DNA of 64,000 nucleotides from Octopus sinensis (taxonomy: Eukaryota), in the NCBI RefSeq assembly GCF_006345805.1, contig NC_043007.1, positions 66,588,001 through 66,652,000 on the forward strand, written 5' to 3'. Position 1 is the first letter of the stretch. Each line of letters starts with the position of its first letter. Shown here one piece after another: positions 26,490-39,550 of the stretch. The notes under the pieces were generated by a model. That model searched no databases, was not told the origin of the DNA, and saw only the letters and a list, made by a program, of their open reading frames with translations. The translations under genes and the position numbers were made by a program.

Positions 26490-26690
26490 TAGAAGGGACA
26501 AACAAGGACAGACAAACGGATTAAGTCGATTACATCGACCCCAGTGCGTAACTGGTACTTAGTTTATCGACCCCGAAAGGATGAAAGGCAAAGTCGACCT
26601 CGGCGGAATTTGAACTCAGAACGTATCGGCAGACGAAATACGGGTAAGTATTTCGCCCGGTGTGCTAATGTTTCTGCCAGCTCGCCGCCT
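26490..26690 (-). mobile_element. SINE family B, young copy
   Basis: Near identical to 28650-28870 and 43370-43572. Confidence 0.9.
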
Positions 26691-27796
26691 TCTCTCTCTC
26701 AGAAGTACCGTCTTAAAACAAAATGGAAAGACATTGAATAATTCAGTTAAGAGTATAAAGCAATACCTTGAATAAAGACATGATGATCACGGACAAAGGT
26801 TCTTTAAACATAGATGTCTCTCGATCAGAGCCTATCTGGAGTAAGGCAATAAGAACCTATTTAAAATATCACTACACACTTCACTGTCTCAGTAATGGAA
26901 AAGCACTTTGCATAATGAAACGCCAGATATTCTTTCTACTGTATGCACAAAACCTGAAATCTTTTAGGGAAGGGATAGTAGATTTCGACCTTAGTTTTCA
27001 GTTGGTACTTGTTTAATCGACAAATTGGTACTTGTTTAATCGATGAAAGGCAAAGTTGACTTTGCAAAATTTGAACTCAGACTCTAAAGAGCTGGAAAAA
27101 TGCCACTAAGCATTTTACCCGGCATGCAAACGGTTTTGTCAGCTTGTCCTAGGTACACTATTCCTGAAAAAGCAGGACGGTTTCCGATCATAGATGTTCT
27201 TAGTTGGTGCTGGCCTGGAGCTCAATAAATAATGGTTTCTAATTTAGGCACAAGGCCAGCAATTTTGAAGTGTGGGAATTCGTCGATACCACTCATTTTT
27301 GGAACACTGGATCTTGAAGCAGATAAGCTATAAATAATAGCGTGTAAATATTGAGTTAATTGCCTTTGAATAGAAAAAGTCGAAAGCTTATCTGCTTCAA
27401 GACCCAATGTTCCAAGAAAGAATTATTTCATGTTCGCTTAAAGTTTATAAATTTTTATAGAGCCAGCGCAATATGAAATTACGTGTGCAACCCAGTAACA
27501 AGACAAAATGAGCTCCTGAAACCGATTTGAAATCAAACCCTTACATTCAACATTCAATACGTTTACCTCCTCTCCAATTTGCATCTTCTATTTTAGCTTG
27601 ACCATACAGCTGATATTTTAAGTGATCGAAGAATATGTGAATATGTTCGTATCTCTGACCACAAAGAAATATTATGATCCACCGAGAAGTGCTTATAACA
27701 AATCACTTTACCCGAATATAAAAAATTGAAAAATTATCTGAAACAGATATTTATCAGCGCCTCACATTGTGTATTAAACATAATAATCTTTAGTAA

Positions 27797-28095
27797 CGGC
27801 GCGTGGCTTCGTGGTTTGCGTATTCGGTTCGCGATCGCAGGGTCATGAGTTCAATTCCCGATGACGCGCTGTGCTCTCTTGAGCAAGACATTTTCTTTAA
27901 CGATGCTCCAGTCCACTCGGTTGACAAAAACAAGTAGTACTTTGCATTTCAAAGGACCAGCCTTGTCACATTCTTTTCACGCTGATTCTCCCTGAGAACT
28001 ACGTTAAGGGTACATGTCTGTGGAGTTCTCAGCCACTTGTACTTAAATTTCACGAGCAGGCTATTCCGTTGATCGGATCAAGTGGAACCCGTGTG
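27797..28095 (+). mobile_element. SINE family C
   Basis: ggcgcgtggcttcgtgg...gagttcaattcc...gaactacgttaagggtac. Confidence 0.87.
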
Positions 28096-28649
28096 CTTGT
28101 TAGCAACCTTACTCAAATTCCTTTCATGTTGCAAGAATTCTTATTCTTAATATTTTTATTATCAATGTTATGACCGTTTTGCGGATTAGTATTGTAAAAC
28201 TATCTTGGCACAGTGAGACACTGTCGATAGCATTTCATTCCATCAAAGTATTTTAAAACTAGAACCATGTGTTCTAAATCCCTAATACCGCATGCCAACG
28301 TCGACAGACTCGCTATAAAAATTGGTCGATTTGCGTTTATGTATGTGCTATCTTCCTTTTATCAACCGCCTACTGTTTTAAAAGCCGGAACTACACGTTT
28401 CAGTTTCTAATCCCAAGACTATATAAGGGGCTCGGCTCTTATGGCTATAAAAAAAATACTGATTAACATACTCTATACAGACACCAACTGGAGAGTTCGA
28501 GCTAACTCTTACGATGAAAATGTTGAAATACATTTGCAAAAGGAAAAAAAATCTAGTAAATAGCAGCAGCGAATTGACATGGAAGATAACTACAGTCAAT
28601 ATAAACTGGTAACGGTGTATTAGTTTTCTTATTCTTTAGTACACCAAAA

Positions 28650-29035
28650 CAAGGCGGCGAGCTAGCAGAATCGTTAGCACGCCGGGCGAAATGCTTCGCG
28701 GTATTTCGTCTGCCGCTACGTTCTGATTTCAAATTCCGCCGAGGTCGACTTTGCCTTTCATCCTTTCGGGGTCGATTAAATAATTACCAGTTACGCACTG
28801 GGGTCGATGTAATCGACTTAATCCGTGTGTCTGATCTTGTTTGTCCCCTTGTGGGTAGTAAAGAAATAGGTATTTACCCCAGCTTTCTCTTGTTCAAATT
28901 CCGCCGAAGTTGACTTTGTCTTTAATCTTTTCGGGGTCAATAAAATAAGTACCACTTAAGTACGGTGGTCGGTGTAATCGTCTAGTTCCTCCGTTAAAAA
29001 TTCAGACCTTTTACCTATAGCAGAAAGTATTATTG
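28650..29035 (+). mobile_element. SINE family B (module A plus module B)
   Basis: aaggcggcgagctagcagaatcg...aagaaataggtatt. Confidence 0.88.
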
Positions 29036-29254
29036 TGAAGTTTCGGGTGTCACTCTCACGATCCTGTGATCGTAGTTTCTATTCATGCACCGAGTTGTCC
29101 GTCATGTTCTTGAGCAATGCCTATTTGATAGAAGGAGGAAGCTAATGTACAGTGTAAACTTCTGATCACTGAAGCAATTCATCTGTACAAATTGTTCAGC
29201 AAAAAACTGCGGAACACTATTCTGTCGTTTTTGACTGGAGACTCCACATCAAAC

Positions 29255-29535
29255 CGCGCTGTGTGTGGTGTTCTTGAGCAAGACACTTTATTTCACGTTG
29301 CTCCAGTTCACTCGTCTATAGAAATGAATTGCGACGTCACTGGTGCCAAAATGTATTGCCCTATGGCTTTTCCTTGGATAACATAGGTGGTGTGGAGATA
29401 GGAGGCTGGTATGTATGGGCGACTGCTGGTCTTCCATAAACAACTTTGCCCGGACTTGCGCTCGTAGGGCAACTTTATAGAAGAAATCCTATGATCATTC
29501 ATGAGCCAAGAGGGAGGAAGTCTTTACCCTTTACC
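29255..29535 (+). mobile_element. SINE with family C central domain and a different tail
   Basis: ttcttgagcaagacactttatttcacgttgctccag followed by an unrelated tail ending tttacccttta. Confidence 0.65.
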
Positions 29536-30214
29536 ATGCAAGAATATTTTGAAGGGATAACTAAAGATCTGTGACTAAAGATCAAATGTCGAAACGGCAA
29601 ACGGGTAAATTTAGAAAAGTTAGAATAGAATAAAAGTGAAACCAGTTGTTTGAAAGTATTTCATTCTCACATCAAACGTTTCCAAAGCCAACGAGGGTGT
29701 GCTTCATTGTTGTCGCTCGACTTGCTAGAAATGATAGACAAATCTTAAACATTGGTGCATTCTTAAGAAGTTCCTTTTGCAACCACGTGGTTTCGGGTTC
29801 AGTCACACTGTGATACATTTTGAGCAAGTAGCTTCTACTTCTCGGAATTTAAACCACCATCGCAAGATCATGAGTACCACACCATAACCACTAGGTCACG
29901 CGTCTTCACATAGCGGTTTAGCAAGAGAATAAGTACCAGACTTTAAAAATATATATACTGGGAAACGATTTAAACTCTTCGAACCGGTGCCCCAGAAGGG
30001 TCGCATTCTAATAACTGAAACAAGTAAAAGAAAAAAAGAATAAACCATATGTGCCTTTAAAAAAATCATTCCCACGGGACATAGAAGGATTTGGCTCTAT
30101 ACCTGAATAAAAAGAGGTTACAAGATGGACACAGCTTAAATGCTTTTTGACCATTGGTTTTCTCGGTTAGAGCTGATCTGCGGATGAACTATTTTATTAT
30201 TTACAAAATCTACC

Positions 30215-30740
30215 GGCCTCACTTCTCGGTCCGTCATCACTGCCTCAAGGTCCTGGATACATTCCAGGCCAACGTTTGCAATAAAGTTGTCAATATAATT
30301 TCGTTTTTGGAGTTGGTTTGCAATATTCTTTATATGAGTTCGTGTGTTGAAGCATATTCTGTTGTGTCTGGGGAGAGTCATTTTCTTTTTGTGCCTTATG
30401 ATTTAACACACTCACCGGTAAAATTTCCACTTATTTCTTATTTTTATTCTCCTAAAATTTTCGTTGCGTCTTGCAACCTTTTCAATAGTCCTGACTTTAT
30501 CCGTTATTTACACTGCGTTCCTTTTTGTTTGTTTGTGCGCATGTGCGTGGGTCAGTATGTATTAATATAAGCGTGACATTTTCTTCTTGCATCATCATGA
30601 AGTTACACAAGACTAATTTGAATGCTTCTAGATCAGAGTGGCGCATGCAGTGACCAAATAGTCGCAGTCGTCTTTGCCTTATCTTCTCGCTAACTTTCAA
30701 CGGTTTCCATAAAAGCATATATTTGAGAATGGACAATAAC
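30215..30740 (-). pseudogene. RTE/RTE-X-like LINE ORF C-terminus split by a ~280 bp insertion
   Basis: KVSEKIRQRRLRLFGHCMRHSDLEAFKLVL (30600-30700), then NYIDNFIANVGLECIQDLEAVMTDRE (30225-30305). Confidence 0.75.
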
Positions 30741-31261
30741 CTGATGTATATGAAAATCAGTGGGGTACTATGACCATTGTTTTTTTGTCTTGTAATTTCT
30801 TTTCAACAAGTGTTTTTTTTTTGGTTTTACGCCGTGTCTGGTTTCTAAATATATCGATATATCGGGTATGTAGCTATTATTCCCTACGATATCCACAATA
30901 AAACGTGTACAATGTTCAGCTGGGGAAACAACCGTAGCAATCATCAAGGAAATTGCTTACATCACACGAAACATTTCGTCTGAAATAGACTAATTGTAAC
31001 ACATAACATACAGCCATATGTCTCCGTCAACATGTATGGTGAAGGAAAGATAGAAAGAGATAATGAAGGAAAGTGAAAGCCAAACAGACTGAAAGAGAGA
31101 AGGTGATTGTGGGCATTGAAAAAAAAATATGTAGTTAGTAGAAAATCATTTAGTGAGTTAAATACACGCTTTTCTGCTTTGTTTTCTTTTTCAAAAAAAT
31201 TAGGCGTAGTTTAAACACAAAGGCAGTTTCAACTTAACGCAATTTAACATATAACCGTAAG

Positions 31262-31279
31262 CATGTATATACACTATAT

Positions 31280-31323
<44 letters not shown>

Positions 31324-31622
31324 ATATATATATAATATATATATATAGTGTATATATATATATGTGTATGCATATATATGTGTTTATATATATGTATGTA
31401 TATATGTATGTACTATATATATATGTACTATATATATGTATATATACATGCATATATTTATGCATGTATGTATGTATGTAGGCATGTCGTTGTAACTTAT
31501 ACAACAAGCTGTTGCCTGTAATCAATAATCCATTAGTTAGGTGCCGTTGGCCGGTTGTTAACCGCTTTGTTGTTTAGGAAGTTTGCTAAATATGTGTGTA
31601 TTTATGTATGTGTGCATATATG

Positions 31623-31672
<50 letters not shown>

Positions 31673-31839
31673 TGTATGTATGTACACATATATATGTATA
31701 TGCATATATATATATATATACATTCACACACTCATACATAGAGACACGCATAAATATATAACTTTTATATATGTATATATGCGTATATGCTTACACCTGT
31801 ATGTGTGTGTATATAGATAGATAGATTGATTGATTGATT

Positions 31840-31888
<49 letters not shown>

Positions 31889-31894
31889 TTAGAT

Positions 31895-31940
<46 letters not shown>
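31262..31940. repeat. Compound TA/TATG/GATA/GT microsatellites
   Basis: Direct reading. Confidence 0.9.
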
Positions 31941-32074
31941 ACGCACATATATGTTCCTTCAGTCGCTTTACTCTGGATTCTTTCTCTGCAACCCATTTCT
32001 TTCACATGCAGCTTTGCCAATTCTCTAATTATTATGAATCAGCCAAGGATATTTCTTCGAAAAATACTTCTAGA

Positions 32075-32140
32075 CCAGTGCCTCTCAACCATTTTTACCT
32101 ATGGACCCTTTTGTTCCTATATTACTCGGATGTACCTTCA
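32075..32140 (+). mobile_element. hAT (Charlie-like) non-autonomous end fragment
   Basis: cagtgcctctcaaccattttt..ctatggaccc, homologous to the reverse strand at 51925. Confidence 0.5.
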
Positions 32141-32344
32141 CAATCCCGCACACACACACACACACACACGATTACACATATACTATGACGTACCCTATCA
32201 TGCACACAGGTGTCTATTTCACACACCCACACACACGAACACATACACACACACGAACACATACACACACACTCACGCAGACGAACACACGCACACACAA
32301 TTACGCACACACATATTACGTTGTGGCATTATTCTTCAGACTAA

Positions 32345-32775
32345 GAACGGTGAGCTGGCAGAATCGTTAGCACGCCGGGCGAAATGCTTAGCGGTATTTC
32401 GTCTGCCGTTACGTTCTGAGTTCAAATTCCGCCGAGGTCGACTTTGCCTTTCACCTTTCGGGGTCGATTGAATAAGTACCAGTTACGCACTGAGGTCGAT
32501 ATAATTTACTTAATCTGTTTGTCTGTCTTGTCTGTCCCTTCTGTGTGTAGCCCCTTGTGGGTAGTAAAAAAATGAGAATCATTAGCAAGCCGGGTGAAAT
32601 GCTTAGCGGTTTTTCGTCTGTCACTACGTTCTGAGTTCAAATTCCGCCGAAGTCGACTTTGCCTTTCACCTTTCGGGGTCGATAAAATAAGTACCAGTTA
32701 CGCACTGAGTTCGATGTAATTGACGAGCCTCCTTCCTCCAAAAATTTTCATGGCTTCGTGCCTAGATAAGAAATA
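32345..32775 (+). mobile_element. Dimeric SINE family B inserted as one unit, 17 bp TSD
   Basis: TSD attattcttcag(a/t)ctaa at 32328-32344 and 32776-32792. Confidence 0.88.
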
Positions 32776-33399
32776 ATTATTCTTCAGTCTAAATCAATCG
32801 GAATGTTTTGCATCGAACGCGCATACATAGGCAAAAATCTCGCATTTACCATTCACTCGTTTGTCCAGCTGGCCGATGAAGCAAGTCCCGATTTGACGTT
32901 TCAGAAACAGGAACCACCCTAGCACTAGATGCATATTTTTGTGATTTTCAAATCAAGAGCTGAAGCTGCGGATAAGGGATCGATCCTAGACTAAACACGT
33001 TTTCTTCATTTGTCTGTTAAATGCTATTTTCTTTTATCTTTGACTGTCTTTAACATATATCATGTAAAGCTAATGTCACAGCTCAGAATACTCAACATGC
33101 AGGCGCAGGTGTGGCTGTGTGGTAAGAAGATTGCTTCTCAACCACTTGGTTCCGGGTTCATTCCCTCTGCGTGGCACCTTGGGCAAGTATCTTCTACTAT
33201 AGCCTCGGGCCGATTAAATCCTTATGAGTTGATTTCCTAGCTGGAAAATGAAAGAAGCCTGTCATGTGTGTGTGTGTATGTGTTTGCCCCTCCCCACTAA
33301 ATTTATCATGGTTACCGAATAATTGACACATATTACATTTACAGATATATATATATATTTACCTCCTTGTCTGTAAAATACCAAACACATTTGACATTT

Positions 33400-33815
33400 C
33401 CAAAGTTTGTTTCAGGGCACACAACTATTTAATGCCTTGCCAAAACATCTGAGGGATATTAATAGAGTACGGGTAGATGTTTTCAAAAAACATCTTGACC
33501 TCAAAGTGCCCAAGGTCTTAGATGAGCCTAAACAGGGTTGGCAAAAAGTCACTTGACAGTAAATTAAAACCATTTAATTCCAAGATTTATTTATGTTTAG
33601 CAACTGAATGAATTTAATATGAAACATCATGAAAATTGTTCAAACCGAAGTCCTTGAGCGACACATTTTTACATTCACCTTAACACAGAATTACAGATAT
33701 TATTTATGGAATTTTTTATTTACTGTTGTCGGGGGACTTTTGGCCAACCCTGTATAAAAACAGGAAACTCAAAAGAGGCAGCAATGTCGAACTCCCTGCT
33801 TCACCAAAAGCTAGT
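33400..33815 (+). pseudogene. CR1/L2-type LINE ORF 3' end interrupted by a MITE
   Basis: QLFNALPKHLRDINRVRVDVFKKHLD..LDEP [MITE] ..AAMSNSLLHQ. Confidence 0.7.
33533..33752. mobile_element. Tc1/mariner-type MITE, 220 bp
   Basis: TIRs cagggttggcaaaaagtc and gacttttggccaaccctg, followed by TA. Confidence 0.85.
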
Positions 33816-34689
33816 TACATAAGATTGGCCATTGAAAAGATGATTACGTTCCGAGTTCGAATCTCGCCGAGGTTAACTTAATCCTTCATCCTTTCGAGGC
33901 TGATAAAATAAAGCAGCAGTCAAATACCAGGGGCCGATGTAATCAACTAACCAGTTACTAAAATTTTTGACCGGGTACCAAAATTTCAAACAATTATTAT
34001 TATTGTAAGTGAAATCGACTGGCGACGACTCACACGACATACCGGAAGCTGTACCATACGCTCCAGCGTTCACCATGGAGCAAACAAGCATAATCAAAAA
34101 TAAATAAATCATATCAGAAAACAAGACAAAAAAATAAAGAAATAACGTAGCTAGTGACTGCAGTTTGATAAAACACAGGATATTAAATATAATGTATTGT
34201 CCTGTTGTTTTGTCAATGACGTAGAATTTATTGTAGTTAAGTTAGACCAAAGATTTGGTATCTCTGTGGCGCCACAGGTGGATGTATATGAATGTAGTAC
34301 ATCAATAGATGGTTGGTGGGAAAGGAGTGGGTAGATATGGATGAGTGGGTGGAACGCTACATTGGTGGATGTTTAGATGGATGAAAGAACGGATATATAT
34401 CTGTGTGTGTATGTGTGAATACGTATTTATATATATATATTTACACACACATATTAATTCATACGTGTGCGTGTGTGTGTGTTCATGTGTGTGTGAGCGC
34501 GTGTGTGTGTCTGGTTAAGAAGCTTGTTTTGCAAACACCTAGTTTCTAGTTCAGTCCTATTTCGCGGCACATTGAGCAAGTGTCTTCTGCTATAATCACG
34601 ATCGACCAACGCCTTGAGTGTGAACTTGGTAGAAGGAAACTGGATCGAGCCCGTCATATACGCACACACACATACATACAACATACAGT

Positions 34690-34948
34690 CGCCATGGTAG
34701 ATCGGTAGCCACTACACACATTTTTTTCTTTCCTTGTTTCTTTCTGTGTTCCTTTCTGTAGAAGAGCGTAGGCTCGAAACGTGAAAGACTTTTTCAATTC
34801 CTGAGCGTTATACTAATACATCTGTTTGTTTTCTACACCAGCCGTCTTCGTCTTTTGTTTTTTACGTGAACTCTCCCTAAATATATATATATACTTCTTC
34901 CACGTCCTCGCGTTGTTGTATTTTCTCTTTGTTCTTGTTTTTATTAAC

Positions 34949-34950
<2 letters not shown>
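34690..34950 (+). mobile_element. Penelope-like repeat with minimal hammerhead-like motif
   Basis: cttt-CTGTAGA-agagc-gtag-gctc-GAAA-cgtg-aaag at 34752-34787. Confidence 0.65.
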
Positions 34951-34984
<34 letters not shown>

Positions 34985-35244
34985 GTGTGTGTGTGTGTTG
35001 TGTGTGTGTGTGTATGTATGTATATATGTATATGTATATATTTACTCATGTATATGCACACATCTATATAAAGAAAGAGCCCCATGAGACTATGGCCCGG
35101 GAAGGATCTTAGATTTTTTTATATATGAATCAACCCTATCAGCACTAGATGTCTGATATTAAGTTGGCACTACCACCATTAGAAACACCTTTGATCGCTA
35201 GTCTGTTTGATTGGTTCTGATATCTAGCTAAACAACAAGACCTT

Positions 35245-35730
35245 TGTCAGCCGCTCTCCAGCTATCTATTTAAAACTGTATATGAAAATGGTGCGTCCAC
35301 AATTTGAATTTGTATCACCAGCCTGGAAATCCCTATCTTGCTCAGCATATCAATCTTCTGGAAATTGTTCAGAAACGTGTGACAAAACGAATACCCGCTG
35401 TCAAGCATTTTACATATTCTGAACGTCTGGCTTCCTTCCCTGTGCATCGAAAAATTGAAGCTCAGACGTCTGGCAACTGACTTGATAGACACCCATGTGA
35501 TTATCCACCATCTTTCCAAAAACAACCTTGGGCACTTTTTTTAATTCCGCATGACAAATACTCGTGAACACACTTACAAAATATATATATATAAAAGAAT
35601 AACACAGTACCTATGACTTTCGGAGACATTCAGAATAGTTGAAGCATGGAATAAACTACCCACATCAGTCGTTAGCAGTCGAGGCATTACATCCTTCAAA
35701 ACTTCCATGCTTCCTGAAATCTGCCATAGT
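35245..35730 (+). pseudogene. CR1-clade LINE RT C-terminal fragment
   Basis: LYMKMVRPQFEFVSPAW, LLEIVQKRVTKRIP, YSERL, RRLATDLI, RIVEAWNKLPTSVV. Confidence 0.85.
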
Positions 35731-35834
35731 AACCCTGATGTCTTTTTTTGTTTTGTTTTGTTTTTTTTTATTGTAGAACACCTGAGCACTGTATACAACA
35801 ATTTCTTTCATATATACAATATATATATATATAT

Positions 35835-36250
35835 TCTTTTATTCTTTTATTTGTTTCAGTCATTTAACTGCGGCCATGCTGGAGCACCGCCTTTAGTCGA
35901 ACAAATCGACACCCAGTACTTATTCTTTGTAAGCCTAGTACTTATTCCATCGGTATCTTTTGACGAACCGCTACGTTGCGGGGACGTAAACACACCAACA
36001 TCGGTTATCAAGCGATGGTATGGGACAAACACAGATACATAAACATTTATACACATGCACACACACACACACACACACACATACACACACACAAGCACAT
36101 ACATATATATACAACGGGCTTCCATTCACAAGGCTTTGGTCGGCCCGAAGCTATAGTAGTAGAAACTCGCCCAAGATGCCAGACAGTGGGACTGAACACG
36201 AAACCATCTGATTGGCAAGCAAGCTACTTACCACACAGTCACTCCTGCTA
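35835..36250 (-). mobile_element. SINE family A
   Basis: Homology to 412-812. Confidence 0.88.
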
Positions 36251-36284
36251 TGTATATAATATATATATATATATCTATATATAT

Positions 36285-36319
<35 letters not shown>

Positions 36320-36348
36320 GTATGATGGATGTATGTAGGTGGTGTTAG

Positions 36349-36391
<43 letters not shown>

Positions 36392-36444
36392 GTATAATAT
36401 AATGCATATATATATATATATATACATACACACACACAAACAAT

Positions 36445-36484
<40 letters not shown>

Positions 36485-36941
36485 TATATATATATATATA
36501 AATATATAAGATCAAGAAAGTAATTATTCTGCAAAGAAGCTAAGACCTAACAGTGTCTCCGTCATCAACACTACCGCCACATTTATTCAACGAAGGGCTT
36601 CAGTTAGCAACCAAATCTTCCTCAAATTTCGCTCAAATTTCGCTCTAGACTACAACCGCAATGGCTACAAATCCAGCAATAACAGCTAGAACTAGAAATA
36701 GCAGCCAAATTTGTTCAAAGACAACCTATTAGCTAACACAAAGAAACAACACACTGGTCAATGTTGTGTTTGATATAAATATACATAAGATGTGGCGGTC
36801 ACGGTTGCGGTGCCAATGATCACAGACCAGCTGGATCTGACTTAACAATACCAATAACAACTATTATTACAACCCATAGCATAAAAATAAAACCACTAAC
36901 CACCACCACCACACCCACCACCACAACCTCAACCACGCTAC

Positions 36942-37041
36942 NNNNNNNNNNNNNNNNNNNNNNNNNNNNNNNNNNNNNNNNNNNNNNNNNNNNNNNNNNN
37001 NNNNNNNNNNNNNNNNNNNNNNNNNNNNNNNNNNNNNNNNN
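36942..37041. other. Assembly gap (100 N)
   Basis: Run of exactly 100 N, so a gap of unknown size. Contiguity across it is not guaranteed. Confidence 0.99.
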
Positions 37042-37097
37042 TAAACATGCCTCTGCATATATGTGCGCCTGTGTGTGTGTGTCTATATGTGTGTGAG

Positions 37098-37129
<32 letters not shown>

Positions 37130-37155
37130 TGTATGTAGTATGTAATATATCTATA

Positions 37156-37200
<45 letters not shown>

Positions 37201-38049
37201 ATGTATGTATGTATGTATGTATGTAGGTGTATGTATGTATTCATACACGAGCAGATACATATATGTATATATATATATATATATATATAGACAATACGGT
37301 TTGTCAACTATGTGTATGTGTGTATAAGTGGGGATGGTGGTGGGTGTGAGTGCATGTGTGTGTGTGTGTGTATGAGTATCCCCACGCGCGTGCATTTACG
37401 AAAGAGAACGAGAGAGATAGAGAAGAATATCTAAGACAGAAGGGCAACCAAGTTTGAAAGTCACACTGATCATTTCAGTATTTAGCGAAAGGCCAACAGT
37501 CCAGGGATCACTAATAAACATTAAACCGAAGAACAAAAGTAAATCTTGAACTTATTTCTCCAGTTCTTTAATTAACAAGAAAACAATTGCATTTCATTTG
37601 AAAATTTGTTTCTGTAATTAAATCCTAGCAGAACCTTAGATTGTAAGCCGTTTTATTTAAATACTATTGTTTAACGGTTCCGTTTTTAAATCTAGCGCTA
37701 CTTCTTTTCTATGCTTCAGAACAAGAAAAAAAAGGAAAAAAAAAGAGAAAATTTGGTGGAAGATCGGAAGAAATGAAAGGCAAACGTAGATGAAAGATTG
37801 GGTAAGGTGCAAATGAATTAAAAAAGAATTTTGTCTTTTATTCGTACCAGATTTTGGACTGCAGTCATGCTGGGGCACTTACCGTGAAGGGTTTAGTCGA
37901 ACGAATCGACACCAGTACTAATTTTTAAGACTGGCACTTATTCTATCGATTTCTTTTTGCCGAACCGCTAGTTTATGGAGACGTAAACAAACCAATACCA
38001 GTTGCGATATGACGAGGGCTAAACGAACACACACACACAGACACTGACG

Positions 38050-38895
38050 CTGTATGTTATACCAATGAGAAATGTGGAAAGGGTGGAAAGGAAGATAAAT
38101 AAATACCGAAGATGGCTAGGTGTTCCCCCAAGCTTCACTTCAATGGGTCTGTACATAAGATCGGGACAGCTACAACTTCCCCTATCATCCGTAGTGCAGG
38201 AATTTGAAGTAGCAAAATGTAATGTTGTAATGATGTACAGAGACTCCAAGGACGTGCTTGTCAAACATGCAGGTATTACAACAAGGTCTGGGCGAAAGTG
38301 GGTAACTAGCGCTGCAGTCGCTCAGGCTGAAGGGATGCTGGAGCTATGCGACATCATTGGAATCACATGCAGGGGTCGCCAGGGTCTTGGTTCGTCCTAT
38401 TTCCAAAATAGAAGAAAGCAGACACCAGGGAGAGGTGGGCTATGACCAAGGATACGGTGCGGTACGAGGAGGAAGAAAGAAGAAAACCAAGAGCTGTGGA
38501 GTTGGTATCTCAGGGTGCATGGACTAAATGGGATCTCCCTTATAGGAAGCTCACATGGACTGACCCGTGGAGGCTGAAACCTTCTTGCATCTCTTTCTTG
38601 CCGCGGCCGGTGTATGATACTCCCGACGCCAACAAACCTGCATAGATGGGGTTTGAGGGATGACCAGCTGCATAGACTTTGTGGAGAAAGGGGTACTCTA
38701 GCACACATCTTGGCAGGGTGCAGAGTAGCACTTTCTCAAGGCAGATATAAATGGTACCATGATAGGGTGCTTGCAACACTTGTTCACACCCTGGAGCAGG
38801 AAAGCCGCAAGAAACATCATCACCAAGGGAAGGCAACAGCAGCAATTAAATTCGTGGAAGAGAGTGAGAGACCAGTAAAGTCAACAAAAGCAAAT
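38050..38895 (+). pseudogene. RLE non-LTR retrotransposon fragment (HERO/NeSL-like), post-RT region with zinc knuckle
   Basis: RRWLGVPPSFTSMGLY..LPLSSVVQEF, GRQGLG, QGAWTKW, LPTPTNLHRWG..LCGERGTLAHILAGCRVALSQGRYKWYHDRVL. Confidence 0.82.
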
Positions 38896-39550
38896 TTTGA
38901 CACGGGGCCAGCAATTTCGGTGGTGGGGATGAATCAATTACATCAACCCCAGAGTTCAACTAGTATTTAATTTAACGACTACAAAAGGATGAAAGGCGAA
39001 GTCGACCTCAGCTGAATTTGAAATTAGAACATAAAGACAGATGAAATGATACTAAGCATTTTTGCCCGGCGTGCTAATGATTCTGCCAGTTCGCCGTCTT
39101 AGAAAGTGGTTGATATTAGACGTTAATTTCAAGGTGGTGAGCTGGCAAAATCTTTAGCACGCCGAGCAAACTCCATAACGGCGTGTCACCCGTCGCTACG
39201 TTCTGAGTTCAAATCCCGCCGAGATCGGCTTTGCTTTCCATCCTTTCGGGAGTCTATAAAATAAGTTCTATTTGAGTACTGGGGTCTATACAACCGACTT
39301 ATTTCGTGCCCTCACACCTGAAATTGTTGGCCTTGTGCCAAAATTTGAAACAATTTTTTTTTAAGACCACGTGTTAGCATATTCGTTATCATGTCAGACA
39401 AAAAGCATAGTGACGTTTCGTCTGTCTTTACGTTCTGAGTTCAAATTCCGCCAAAGTCGTCTTTACTTTTATCCTTCCATAGTCCATGAAATAAGTACCA
39501 GTTGAGAAGTGGGGTCAGTGTAATCGACTTACTCCCTACCCCCAAATTGC
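38895..39550. mobile_element. Three SINE family B copies (-, +, +)
   Basis: 38895-39100 on minus; 39130-39355 and 39370-39550 on plus. Confidence 0.85.
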
